A stretch of 32,000 nucleotides of DNA from Aeropyrum pernix K1 (GCF_000011125.1 NC_000854.2:780001-812000), one strand, 5' to 3'. Positions 1 to 9,355 are shown, counted from the stretch's first letter. Notes: a model not told the origin generated them from the sequence alone. Numbers and translations are program-made.

Positions 1-457
1 GGTAGACTCTGGAGGCGGCGAAACCGTAGAAGTACGTGTCCGGCGTGGTCACGGTGATGGGAGCAGTATATAGGAAAGTAGGCTGTACCGTCTCACCATG
101 ATCTTCAGAAACTCCCAAAGTCTCTATAGAGGTCTTAAGCCTGTCAACCATGGCTTTTATTAGGGAGTGCATAGGCTCAACAAGGAACCCCCGGGCCGCA
201 ATAGGCCTTTTACTGGCAAAGCTAGCCAGTAAGGGTGCCATGAACACCTCTGTTTTCCCGGCCCCAGTAGGGGCCCCAAGAAAGACAACACCTCCTGGAC
301 TTTCATATGCTATCCTGCAAATCTCCTCGGCGGCCTTAGCCTGGCTGTTTAGTAGAGCTTCGTTAACAGCCTTCTTAGCACCTTCCACATGGATCCGTCT
401 CTTCACCATCTTCAAGATTGTCTTTTTGAGGACGTTAGGCTGGCATCCATATTCCAT
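1..457 (-). CDS. cas3: Cas3' helicase subunit (type I-A), N-terminal part; the gene runs off the left edge of the window
   Basis: It is absent from the ORF track because it is edge-truncated. My translation of the minus strand from the ATG at 457..455 gives MEYGCQPNVLKKTILKMVKRRIHVEG...ESPGGVVFLGAPTGAGKTEVFMAPLL...APITVTTPDTYFYGF, with no stop down to nt 1. GAPTGAGKTE is an SF2 helicase Walker A (motif I). The gene sits directly after cas5 in a csa5-cas7-cas5 cassette. The plus-strand track ORF 150..569 is its antisense shadow. An alternative start is the ATG at 409. Confidence 0.85.
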   Translation of the reverse strand, partial: MEYGCQPNVLKKTILKMVKRRIHVEGAKKAVNEALLNSQAKAAEEICRIAYESPGGVVFLGAPTGAGKTEVFMAPLLASFASKRPIAARGFLVEPMHSLIKAMVDRLKTSIETLGVSEDHGETVQPTFLYTAPITVTTPDTYFYGFAASRVY

Positions 458-1349
458 AGCCGGACACCTCGTGGAAGCTCTCGTGCACAGCTACATTAAT
501 CCTCCCGTCGATCCCCTCAACGCTGCATCCGTATACCGAGCCTTCAACTTCTATCTCCGAATAGACTAGAACGTAGCCGCGTTCTACAGCCTCTTTTTTC
601 ACTGGCATTGCTATAGCAATGGCCTCGCTTCTCCGAGTTCTGCCAGTACGTCCTGCACGAGCTGGGGCATATACGACGGTGAAGCTCCCTCCAACAGCAC
701 TGTCTAAAGCTACGGGAGTATTGACCGACTTAGACCTAAACTCGGCCAGCTGGCATCTCCCAACAGGGCGTGCGGATACTAGTGATTCGCTGTCTCCTAG
801 ACGATCTATGTACCATAGGGCCTTCTCAATTCTGTTAGCATTATCTCTGCCCCGAGCGACAAATACAGCATACACTGGATTATAAGGTGTTATATAGCCT
901 CGTAATAAGGCATCACTTATTCTACTTAACTCGTCTAAAACTCTATTACCCCTATTCTCCCTTGTCGAGCCCTCTTCTGAATCCGGTTCTAAAACTTTCC
1001 GGAGCCTCCGGAGCACAACCTCCCACTCTACCCCCAGTATTTGGCCTGGCTTTGATAGTGGTGCAGCCGCCTTGACAATCCTGCCAGTCTTCTTTATACA
1101 CGACTGGCTCGCTATCCCGCCGGTGCATGAGCCCAGTAGTGATGCACCCCTCATGAGACCCCCTAGAAGTGTTGAAGGCAGTGGAAGGGGTAGGGGTGAT
1201 GCCACCTGATAAGACTCAGGATTTTTTACAGAAAAAGCTGGGGTGGCTAGCTCGGCCACTACCACCCAGTCTCCAGGCCTCACGGTATCCGATAAGGATC
1301 CGTTGCCGTCAGTTATTGACATACTAGCTCTACGCTTCCTTCCCACCAT
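435..1349 (-). CDS. cas5: Cas5 (type I-A, Cas5a)
   Basis: 304-aa ORF. The N-terminal segment ...YQVASPLPLPLPSTLLGGLMRGASL resembles the Cas5 P-x-PPS-T-hydrophobic-G-hydrophobic motif, and a later YIDRLGDSESLV is Cas5-like. Synteny is between cas7 and cas3'. A start at the ATG at 1322 (MSITDG), 7 nt after the cas7 stop, is equally plausible. Confidence 0.75.
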   Translation of the reverse strand: MVGRKRRASMSITDGNGSLSDTVRPGDWVVVAELATPAFSVKNPESYQVASPLPLPLPSTLLGGLMRGASLLGSCTGGIASQSCIKKTGRIVKAAAPLSKPGQILGVEWEVVLRRLRKVLEPDSEEGSTRENRGNRVLDELSRISDALLRGYITPYNPVYAVFVARGRDNANRIEKALWYIDRLGDSESLVSARPVGRCQLAEFRSKSVNTPVALDSAVGGSFTVVYAPARAGRTGRTRRSEAIAIAMPVKKEAVERGYVLVYSEIEVEGSVYGCSVEGIDGRINVAVHESFHEVSGYGIWMPA

Positions 1350-2373
1350 AACCTCCCACCAGCTCGGAGGCGTGATCTGCAGCTTCCTTGAGTAGGGTTC
1401 CCAGGTCCCTATACTCCTTAATCTTCAGCTTGTCGGACCCATATCCACCACAGATGCCCTCAGGATAGCAGTGTAGAATACAGCTAGCACCGTCACCGAG
1501 AGACTCGGTTACACTCTTGAGTAGACTAGCTGTCTTCTCAACATAGTTCTCATACGAACCGTGGACAGCGTTGGGAACTGGTTTGTTACACACAGCCACA
1601 ACAAGCTCTTCGACCATAGCTATGGGAAGGGCTCTGGCTTGTTTACTAGCCGCTCCTCCTAGGAGGTAGGCAAGGGCTAATAGAGAGGCTCTCGCTCTCC
1701 TCATCCTCTCCTCTTCATCGCAAGCACTTCCACCCTCTTCGGATTCGTAGAGTGGCCTGCACAGGTATTCAAGGTCGAAAGAGGCTGAAATACCGTAGAG
1801 TCCGGAGGAGTACTCCTGCTTGAACACCATCATTTCTGTTGCGCCAGTCTCCTGGCTATTTGACTCTTCCCCAGCTCTGCGGCGCTGTAACGGGTCTACC
1901 CTATTATGGGTTACCGAGAACTTCTCTATGTTCTCCAATACCTCGTTGTTAAGAACTGGTATTGCGAAGCTAAACCTGGCAAGGCTATCCCTTTTCAACT
2001 GCCTTCCCCTTTCTGCTATAAGGAAGCCATGCAGGTCGTTACAGAAGTCCTTTATAGCTTCAGACTCTCTTGTCGCCAGCCTCCTCTCACCTTCTAGATT
2101 TGTATCAACATTGTAACCCCGCAGTCCTATACCTCTCTTGCACAGCTCGTTCAACATTGATCCTCCTAGAGCCTGATATACCTGAGCCGCATAGTACGCG
2201 TGCCAGTGCTTCAGGGAGTTCCCTGTTAGAACAGGAACTTCGTAAACTTTTGAAGAATCGCCGCAGCAGTAGACTCTAGCTCGGGCGTGCATACTGTAGT
2301 TCCCAGCTGTCCCGTGTCCTGTGAGGACTGCCACGTTGACTCTGACCCTGCCCGCAACCCTAACATACGCCAT
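1330..2373 (-). CDS. cas7: Cas7 / Csa2 (type I-A Cascade backbone subunit)
   Basis: 347-aa ORF. The N-terminus MAYVRVAGRVRVNVAVLTGHGTAGNY...VPVLTGNSLKHWH matches the Csa2/DevR family pattern (isgrv..n.aal.g.g..gN and isGeSlKH). Size and position between csa5 and cas5 fit. Confidence 0.85.
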   Translation of the reverse strand: MAYVRVAGRVRVNVAVLTGHGTAGNYSMHARARVYCCGDSSKVYEVPVLTGNSLKHWHAYYAAQVYQALGGSMLNELCKRGIGLRGYNVDTNLEGERRLATRESEAIKDFCNDLHGFLIAERGRQLKRDSLARFSFAIPVLNNEVLENIEKFSVTHNRVDPLQRRRAGEESNSQETGATEMMVFKQEYSSGLYGISASFDLEYLCRPLYESEEGGSACDEEERMRRARASLLALAYLLGGAASKQARALPIAMVEELVVAVCNKPVPNAVHGSYENYVEKTASLLKSVTESLGDGASCILHCYPEGICGGYGSDKLKIKEYRDLGTLLKEAADHASELVGGYGGKEA

Positions 2374-2380
2374 GCCTATG

Positions 2381-2776
2381 TCACCCCCATAGAATCTCCC
2401 TAACGCTGAGGGCGTGATAGTCAGGAGCTAGTGATAAGGCTGCAAGCCGCCTGACTTCCCGGTTCAGTAGCTTCTCGCCTCCTTCCGCCTCAACACACCT
2501 AAGATATCGGAATAACTTCTCGAGGTTGGCTGCCATATACTTTAGTCTTTTTAACGCCTCTTCCACTCTTTCCCCTTCTCCCTTGTTATAGAAAGACTCG
2601 AGATCCTTGTAGACCTTGACAGCAAGTCTAGCTAACAACGCTAGCTGTTCCTCGTAGGAAGAGGGCCTAGACGCTAGAGTGTCGGTTATATCGTATGCCT
2701 CCTCCGCTAAGATAACTATCCTAGCAGCCCTCGCAAGATCTTCCACAGGATCCCGCTGTCCATCCACTCTCTCCAT
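2381..2776 (-). CDS. csa5: Csa5 (type I-A small subunit, Cas11-like), called mainly on synteny
   Basis: The maximal ORF is 2381..2932 (183 aa, GTG start). Its first ~50 codons are AT-rich and contain a T5 tract hairpin (2916..2930) and TATA-like boxes (2847..2855, 2871..2877). The first in-frame ATG after these is at 2776 (MERVDGQRDP..., 131 aa), a typical Csa5 size. The protein is predicted helical, and the slot between csa3 and cas7 is where I-A loci carry csa5. I recognise no diagnostic motif by eye. Confidence 0.55.
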   Translation of the reverse strand: MERVDGQRDPVEDLARAARIVILAEEAYDITDTLASRPSSYEEQLALLARLAVKVYKDLESFYNKGEGERVEEALKRLKYMAANLEKLFRYLRCVEAEGGEKLLNREVRRLAALSLAPDYHALSVREILWG

Positions 2777-2943
2777 ACATCTTTCTAGAACCCCAATGCT
2801 GCTTACGCTCTGATAGCTGGGGGAAGCCAAAGCATGCCAGCCTCCAGTATAAATAATGCTGATTAATACCATATAAACCCTTAATGTGTCACTAATACTA
2901 TTCCATGTTTTATGGGAAAAAGAATTTTTCACTTGCTTTAGTG

Positions 2944-3639
2944 TTATATGCCTACTAACATGTAGCCTAAATCGGTGAGACTATAGAGCTTCCCTCTCCC
3001 CCTCACTTCTGAAGATATTAACTTCTTCGACTCAAGCTTTCGGAGAAGCCTGTCAGCAAGAGTTCTAGAGACCTGTAAAGATCTCGCAATAGACTTTACT
3101 CTAGCCCTCCCTAGGCCTGCCAAGGTTTCCACTACCAAGAGTTCCTTATAATCTATTGTAGCTAGGGGCGGCACGCTCTCGAGTTGTAAGGGCTGCAGCA
3201 TCTCAGGACGTATGTTAAGGTCTATACCCTCAGCCTCGGACTCTAAATCAACTCTTAGCATCTCCACTTTTATTCCGCGGAACACACCCACTGTTTGGAG
3301 CGCCATTGCTGTTAGAAGGGCAGAGACTACTAGCCATCTTAACCCTCCAGAGGCTAGAATGTATGCGCTGGCAGGCGCAGCCTCCTCGACAACCCTCCTC
3401 ATCTTGGCAACTCCTCTGGGTATACCATTAGAGGGGTCTAGCCATACGTCTCTCGTTTCCACATGAAGATCTCCATAAGCGTCTATAATCATGTTCTTGA
3501 GCTTCTCTACGGCGTCAACTGCCTCCCTTGTTCTGGGCTCGCTGTTAACTATTATAACGAGGCTCCCAGGCTCCAGGCCGATAGATGCTACTGCACGCCA
3601 GGGCCTGGAGTAGTTAAACCCCACTGTTGCCAGTATCAC
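2944..3639 (-). CDS. csa3: Csa3, CARF-domain plus winged-HTH CRISPR-associated transcriptional regulator
   Basis: The N-terminus VILATVGFNYSRP...VIIVNSEP and ...ILASGGLRWLV resemble a CARF Rossmann-like fold with the GG(M/L)R motif. The C-terminus LLVVETLAGLGRARVKSIARSLQVSRTLADRLLRKLESKKLISSEVRGRGKLYSLTDLG is a winged HTH. The GTG at 3639..3637 overlaps the cas4 TGA (3638..3636) as GTGA, which suggests translational coupling. The track ORF extends upstream to 3702. Confidence 0.85.
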   Translation of the reverse strand: MILATVGFNYSRPWRAVASIGLEPGSLVIIVNSEPRTREAVDAVEKLKNMIIDAYGDLHVETRDVWLDPSNGIPRGVAKMRRVVEEAAPASAYILASGGLRWLVVSALLTAMALQTVGVFRGIKVEMLRVDLESEAEGIDLNIRPEMLQPLQLESVPPLATIDYKELLVVETLAGLGRARVKSIARSLQVSRTLADRLLRKLESKKLISSEVRGRGKLYSLTDLGYMLVGI

Positions 3640-4220
3640 CTTTCTGAACCTCTCTCTGCTACCCAAGGCTGGCACACCCTCCTGAACCTGCATGCCACAC
3701 ACTTTCTACCTGGCTTGGGAGGAGGTTCTAGACCATCGTCCAGGGTTTTGTTCATATCGTCAGCTAGCCTGATCACATCACGTCTCAGGCTAGGGGACAT
3801 TTTAACAACGTAAGTTTTAGAATCCTCCAGCGAAACGATAGCTAGGTAGTCAACAGAATATCCTCTGGTCTCTTCGAGGGCTAGTGCATAGGCAGCGGCC
3901 TGAAAGATAACATGGCGACCCCTAGTGTGAAGCCATCTATTAGACCTTACACTTAGCTTCGCCTCGACGACTATAATGCCCAAACTCCCCTCGACAACTA
4001 CCCCGTCTGCAACACCCTGCAGCCCTAGACGCTTGCTCCTCAAGGGTACAGCCCATTCCTCCTTCACAATTCTGAAGCCAGAGGATCTTAGGATCCCCCT
4101 AACATGGTCCACGCTATAAATCTCGCGAGAGAGATTCATAGGCTCTGTAGGCCTGTATGAAGGCCTAAGAACCTCCATATAATAAGCGACACGCGGACAG
4201 TACGCATACTCCTTCAGCAT
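3636..4220 (-). CDS. cas4: Cas4 (RecB-like nuclease with 4Fe-4S cysteines)
   Basis: Motifs seen are YAYCPRVAYY (N-terminal Cys), GVADGVVVE...IVVEAKLS (D..E.K RecB motif), QAAAYALAL (QhxxY) and the C-terminal CVACRFRRVC. The track ORF runs to 4301 but overlaps cas2 by 65 nt. The ATG at 4220 lies 16 nt after the cas2 stop and precedes the conserved Cys, so I prefer it. Confidence 0.9.
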   Translation of the reverse strand: MLKEYAYCPRVAYYMEVLRPSYRPTEPMNLSREIYSVDHVRGILRSSGFRIVKEEWAVPLRSKRLGLQGVADGVVVEGSLGIIVVEAKLSVRSNRWLHTRGRHVIFQAAAYALALEETRGYSVDYLAIVSLEDSKTYVVKMSPSLRRDVIRLADDMNKTLDDGLEPPPKPGRKCVACRFRRVCQPWVAERGSER

Positions 4221-4236
4221 AGACACCGGCCTCAAA

Positions 4237-4515
4237 CTACACCACCACAACTCTCTTCCCATCCTCAAGACTACCCCCAAGACCGTAGGCATCCCTAACA
4301 CTGTCGCCCGGAATAACCATCACCATGATCTTGTCTTTCCCACTGTCCGCTAGCCTCTGGAGAGCTCGGTACGCCTCCTTGGCAAGACTCCGTCCTCCCT
4401 TCGCGATGTACACGCTCTTCTGTACCCTAGCGAATCCCATCTGCAGAAGTTTCTGTGCGGCCTTGAGGCGTTTAGAATCATTGCTTATATCGTAGGCTAT
4501 TAAAACGTACACCAA
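4237..4515 (-). CDS. cas2: Cas2
   Basis: 92 aa. MVYVLIAYDISNDSKRLKAAQKLLQMGFARVQKSVYI is the classic Cas2 beta1-alpha1 start with the catalytic Asp in YDI. It lies between cas1 and cas4. Confidence 0.92.
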   Translation of the reverse strand: MVYVLIAYDISNDSKRLKAAQKLLQMGFARVQKSVYIAKGGRSLAKEAYRALQRLADSGKDKIMVMVIPGDSVRDAYGLGGSLEDGKRVVVV

Positions 4516-4518
4516 GGA

Positions 4519-5499
4519 TCACAGCCCCAGCCTAACAGCTGAGAACCCTCCGGAGCCTCGGAAAGCCTCTGCAAGCCATCGAGCCTGAACCATTATGGCG
4601 TCTTCGAGCCTAATCCTTCTACCTAACCCTCTGACAGCAGCTTTCATAGAAAGCGAGCTGGCAACTGCCTTCGCAACCTCTTTTCTAGACTTATAGTCTA
4701 GCCTTCCAGCTTCTAGCTTGAGATACATCCTCCCAGCCTTCAGAGCAAGAATCCTGTCGACAATGGGGGCTCGGAAGGGTTCTATAGCGTCCAGAGTTAG
4801 GCTAGGCTTCCCACTCTTCTCGGAGTGGAAGACGCCGAGGTATGGATCAAGGCCGACGAGAAGGAGGCTCTTCTCGACAATGCTATAGAGCATGCCGTAG
4901 CCGTAGTTGAGGGCGGCGTTGAAGGGGTCAAGGGCACCTCGGTCACGGCCGCTGAACCCGAGTCTGCCGGGAAGTATCTCGGCTATGCACTGCCAGTATC
5001 TCCTCGACGCTCTCGCCTCAATTGATAGGAGCTTGTCTCTAAACCCGGGCCCATCCTCGTCTGCTATGCGCAATGGCTCTCCAGATAGTAGCTCAACCTC
5101 GTATCCGGCCTCCCTTAGCCTCTCATCTGCTCTCTGTCTTGCAATATACTTTAGAGTCTGGCCCTGGTTGTAGATCTTCGCCGATACCAGCTCTGCTGCT
5201 ATGAGCCTTCTAAGCCTCTCGTTGGCTGAAAACTGTCCAATCCTAGTTGCCACGGTCTTATTAATAATGGGTGGGTAGAGCCTCGCCACGGGGCTGCCAT
5301 CCCAGTCTAGAAAGACGAGATCTATACCCATTTTTGCAGCCGCTCGTACGGCCGCGCTAGAAATAGAGACCCTGCTACTGGATATTATTACACGTTCCAC
5401 GCTACTCTCCACTACAACCTTTTTTCCTGCTTTAGTCTCCACAACCAACGCACCTCTAGCAACCCTTATCCTCGAACCGGGCTCTGCAACCACCATCAT
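4519..5499 (-). CDS. cas1: Cas1 integrase
   Basis: Motifs seen are ALNYGYGMLYS, DPYLGVFHS and PSLTLDAIEPFRAPIVDR (Cas1 metal-binding region). The track ORF extends to 5541. The ATG at 5499..5497 (MMVVAEPGSRIRV) overlaps the csa1 TGA by 1 nt (TGATG), so it is the likelier start. Confidence 0.93.
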   Translation of the reverse strand: MMVVAEPGSRIRVARGALVVETKAGKKVVVESSVERVIISSSRVSISSAAVRAAAKMGIDLVFLDWDGSPVARLYPPIINKTVATRIGQFSANERLRRLIAAELVSAKIYNQGQTLKYIARQRADERLREAGYEVELLSGEPLRIADEDGPGFRDKLLSIEARASRRYWQCIAEILPGRLGFSGRDRGALDPFNAALNYGYGMLYSIVEKSLLLVGLDPYLGVFHSEKSGKPSLTLDAIEPFRAPIVDRILALKAGRMYLKLEAGRLDYKSRKEVAKAVASSLSMKAAVRGLGRRIRLEDAIMVQARWLAEAFRGSGGFSAVRLGL

Positions 5500-6317
5500 C
5501 AAACACCGCACACCTCCCGGAATACACATCCTGGAGGACATGCCTCCGGCAATCCCGGATCGCTCCTGTACTCTATAATTCTCGCTACCGCGTCACGCCT
5601 CTCAAGGAACCTTGTCCTGAGATGATCATCGACCCTCACTAGCCTCCAAACAATCTTCAACCCATCGTTAACCCTAAGGCCGACAACAACTCCGTAGTCC
5701 ACGGGGTTTCCAGTCCATGCCTCGACAGCAAGAGCATATCCAGCTATAGCTAGCTCCTTCCTTGCAACCCATCTATCACCATGTCCAGCGAGCACAAGGT
5801 CAACCGGCATGATGCCAACAAGTAGATCCGGCCTAACATAGTCGCTGAGACCCACAGGGCCTCCTGGCACGTTTGGCTCGACAGCAACGGGAATTCCATC
5901 AACCCTTGCAGCCGCCGAAAACTCCACGGCCTTCTCAAAAACAGCATTCATAACGCGGATCTCGTTACCTCGTGCTCTAACCCTTCTCAACAAGTAATTA
6001 AACATCCTGTAAGCATCGCCAACTCTGTGAGCCTTGAAGGGGAGCAGGAAAGCCTCGTGCACTAGAGCCCCAAGCCTGAGAAGCCCCCCATTAACCCTCG
6101 TATTTAGGACCCTCCTCAGATAAGTATCCCTGCCAACGGGGCAAACCCCTGTAACATCGCTGAGGGTAGGCCTGGCCGCGTACCTAGGACCTACGACATT
6201 CCACTTCCACCCCCTTAACTCGGCGTATACCCCATCACCAGCAGAGGATCTCACCAAGTCCCACAAGCCTCGGGGGAACAAACACAACACCTCAAAGTTA
6301 TTATACAAGCAGTACAT
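5499..6317 (-). CDS. csa1: Csa1 (Cas4-like, type I-A adaptation-associated RecB-family protein)
   Basis: 272 aa. Features seen are ELRGWKWN, CPVGRDTYLRR and the C-terminal cysteine cluster ACPPGCVFREVCGV. It is the first gene of a csa1-cas1-cas2-cas4 cassette next to the leader, as in Sulfolobales I-A loci. Confidence 0.75.
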   Translation of the reverse strand: MYCLYNNFEVLCLFPRGLWDLVRSSAGDGVYAELRGWKWNVVGPRYAARPTLSDVTGVCPVGRDTYLRRVLNTRVNGGLLRLGALVHEAFLLPFKAHRVGDAYRMFNYLLRRVRARGNEIRVMNAVFEKAVEFSAAARVDGIPVAVEPNVPGGPVGLSDYVRPDLLVGIMPVDLVLAGHGDRWVARKELAIAGYALAVEAWTGNPVDYGVVVGLRVNDGLKIVWRLVRVDDHLRTRFLERRDAVARIIEYRSDPGLPEACPPGCVFREVCGV

Positions 6318-6657
6318 CTATTTATCCGAATGATGTATCTATTGACACATAAGATGTGAAAAATGACACATTAACCACTTATAAGCTAAAATATGAATGG
6401 CAAGACCTTGATAATAAACTCAAGACCAGCAATCTAAACAGATGGAAAAAGTACCTATGTAAAATAGTCCATCAAAAATAAAAGCACACATAATAACGCT
6501 TAATGCGAGCAAACTACATATAAATATAAATATCCGGTAGCCTCTCTGAAGAAGAACAAAGCCGAACCGAGGGTAAAATCTATTGGATGATCGGAAAAGG
6601 AAAAATTTATATAAGAACCTAACACTAAATAAACTAAACATTGAATCGATTAAACAG
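6318..6657 (+). promoter_or_regulatory. CRISPR leader (AT-rich) with a putative pre-crRNA promoter; also the divergent upstream region of csa1
   Basis: This 340-nt strongly AT-rich stretch lies between csa1 and the first repeat. The TATA-like box TTTATATAA at 6606..6614 sits about 45 nt upstream of repeat 1. The repeat 3' end ATAGAAAG resembles the archaeal 8-nt crRNA 5' handle (ATTGAAAG type), which supports plus-strand transcription away from this leader. Confidence 0.7.
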
Positions 6658-9355
6658 CATATCCCTAAAGGGAATAGAAAGGTAGACGCCTGCACGGTTC
6701 AGCAAATACACGGCATCCTGGCATATCCCTAAAGGGAATAGAAAGAACTGGAAGAGGGGGAGTAAGAGAGCGTTCTGGGGCTAGCATATCCCTAAAGGGA
6801 ATAGAAAGGTAGACCTGGCCGTCGAGGTGTATCTCCATGCAGCCCGCATATCCCTAAAGGGAATAGAAAGTTAGAAGCCTATTAGAGCAGGGCGTGGACG
6901 ATGGCTCGATGCATATCCCTAAAGGGAATAGAAAGATAACCTCGGTGCCAACGCGTTCGCCGTGAATGCTGGCGCATATCCCTAAAGGGAATAGAAAGGA
7001 GAACCTGTAGCGCTCGAGCCTCGCAGCCGCCCTAACGGCGCATATCCCTAAAGGGAATAGAAAGAAGAGAATTTGCGCCGATGAGGCGGGCGAGGGGTGA
7101 CGGTGCATATCCCTAAAGGGAATAGAAAGCTTCAGGTCTGCAATCGCCGCCCTGAGGTTCTGAATATCGCATATCCCTAAAGGGAATAGAAAGACCCGCC
7201 GGCGGCCTCCTCGGCGGCATAGGCTGCACAACCGGCATATCCCTAAAGGGAATAGAAAGGGGAGACTGCTAATCCGGAGGAGGCCCCGTGTGCAAAAGCA
7301 TATCCCTAAAGGGAATAGAAAGTCCTAACCGGCGGCCTCCGTATTATCCGGGGCGGCGGGCATATCCCTAAAGGGAATAGAAAGCTGGTTATAGTGAGGC
7401 CCTCCGGAGTCTCTATCACAACCGCATATCCCTAAAGGGAATAGAAAGCTTTACGCTGCCTTTCTGGCGGGGGTCCTGAGCCAGGGCATATCCCTAAAGG
7501 GAATAGAAAGTTACGGCATAGGGCTAGACCCTGCTATGAGCGGGGCACCGACGCATATCCCTAAAGGGAATAGAAAGCTTACCACCACCATTGGAGCCAC
7601 CCCAGAGCTGCCTGGGCATATCCCTAAAGGGAATAGAAAGGATTGCATAGGCGATATACCCGAATCCCAGGTCGGTAAGCATATCCCTAAAGGGAATAGA
7701 AAGAGGAGGCGGAAGTACGAGATAGTTGTTGGGCCCGGAGATGCCGGCTAGCATATCCCTAAAGGGAATAGAAAGTCCTGGACCTCCGCCTACCCCGCGT
7801 CCTAGTCTCCCGGGGCATATCCCTAAAGGGAATAGAAAGTGGACCCACAAGAAGCTGGTGAAGAGCATTATGGAGTCAAGCATATCCCTAAAGGGAATAG
7901 AAAGCCACCGCCTGAGCTCCCTCTCCAGCTCGGGGTCCACCTGGGCATATCCCTAAAGGGAATAGAAAGACCACGACGGTCTCCTCGCCCACGCCGCAGT
8001 AGTAGTCCGTGGCATATCCCTAAAGGGAATAGAAAGTGAAGAAGCAGCCTAGGCCTATACTAGTCTATGAGCTCTCGAGGGCATATCCCTAAAGGGAATA
8101 GAAAGTTATGAGGTGTGGGAGCGTGGATGGTGAGGTTGTTATAAAGTGCATATCCCTAAAGGGAATAGAAAGAGTGGGCAAGCGGATAACATCTCTATAG
8201 AGAGGTCTACGGCATATCCCTAAAGGGAATAGAAAGCCACCTGGCGAGCCGCCCACCACCCTGCGGCATACGCAGCGCCTGGGCATATCCCTAAAGGGAA
8301 TAGAAAGTCGAGCACTTCCAGGCGGCTGGCCTTGCTAGGCTTGAGAACGGCAGGCATATCCCTAAAGGGAATAGAAAGGCGGTGGTTGTGCTAGCCTTCG
8401 CATTCGCCCTCTCGGGCCCCGCATATCCCTAAAGGGAATAGAAAGCTCTTTCTCGAGCACCAGCCTGCCTTCGGAGTCCATAGCGCATATCCCTAAAGGG
8501 AATAGAAAGTTCACAGTCCACGCCTCGCAGGTCTACCATCTAGTCGATATTGCATATCCCTAAAGGGAATAGAAAGGCCGCGCTGAACGCCTACTTGCCG
8601 CCTGGCTTCGAGGCAGCATATCCCTAAAGGGAATAGAAAGATCACAAAAACGTGAACGCGCCCGCCCGGCTACAGCTTCTGCATATCCCTAAAGGGAATA
8701 GAAAGCCTCACGTACAGCCACATGGTCCCCAGGCCAGCCAGGACGGCATATCCCTAAAGGGAATAGAAAGTTACGGGTGGTGTAACTAGAAATAACTATG
8801 AAGATAGCATATCCCTAAAGGGAATAGAAAGGAAGCAACTCAGAAGAGCTTCCCTCTTGACTCTAAAGCCCTTGCATATCCCTAAAGGGAATAGAAAGAT
8901 GTGCATGGAGTGGGCATCAGAATTAATGAGATAATCAAGGCATATCCCTAAAGGGAATAGAAAGCTCGGTTACGGCGTTAGCCCCGCCGTTTGCATTGAC
9001 AAACGCATATCCCTAAAGGGAATAGAAAGGTTGCCCTAGCACCCCTGCTGGCCCTGCTCCTAGTACTGCATATCCCTAAAGGGAATAGAAAGTACAACTT
9101 CCTGAGGTGGCTCGCCGCCTACGGCCCCGTGCATATCCCTAAAGGGAATAGAAAGTGCAGCCAGCTTTACAACGCTGATCCTCTTCTCACTCCTAAGCAT
9201 ATCCCTAAAGGGAATAGAAAGGTATATAATGTCGGGGGCTATCCCGCTGCTCATATCCACGGCATATCCCTAAAGGGAATAGAAAGCTGGAGCGCCGGGA
9301 GCTCAAGAGGGACGGCAGGCGCAGGGCGAGGCATATCCCTAAAGGGAATAGAAAG
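6658..9355 (+). CRISPR. CRISPR array, 42 x 25-nt repeat GCATATCCCTAAAGGGAATAGAAAG, 41 unique spacers
   Basis: I located every repeat by hand. The first is at 6658..6682 and the last at 9331..9355. All 42 copies are identical, with no degenerate terminal repeat. Spacer lengths run 36-47 nt (for example 6683..6720 is 38 nt and 7704..7750 is 47 nt). The array is adjacent to type I-A cas genes and the AT-rich leader. Confidence 0.99.

Noticed and set aside
150-569. 139-aa plus-strand ORF at the left edge
   Set aside because: It is the antisense shadow of cas3'. The minus strand here encodes a clean helicase N-terminus with the GAPTGAGKTE Walker A, whereas the plus-strand product has no recognisable features.
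6420-6695. 91-aa minus-strand ORF in the leader (F/L/I/C-rich)
   Set aside because: It lies entirely in the AT-rich leader and runs into the first repeat. Its composition-driven hydrophobic sequence is typical of spurious ORFs in AT-rich DNA.
7194-7359. 12-mer CCGGCGGCCTCC shared by two spacers (7194..7234 and 7323..7359); considered as two acquisitions from one target
   Set aside because: The sequence is short, GC-rich and low in complexity, and the rest of the two spacers is unrelated.
8787-8802. Partial similarity of the AT-rich spacer 8771..8806 (TAGAAAT-AACTATGAA) to the TnpB-like ORF at 29130..29148 (TAGAAAT-gat-AACTATGAA); considered as a self-targeting spacer
   Set aside because: The match needs a 3-nt gap, covers only 16 of 36 nt, and the flanks do not match. 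It is consistent with chance between two AT-rich sequences.
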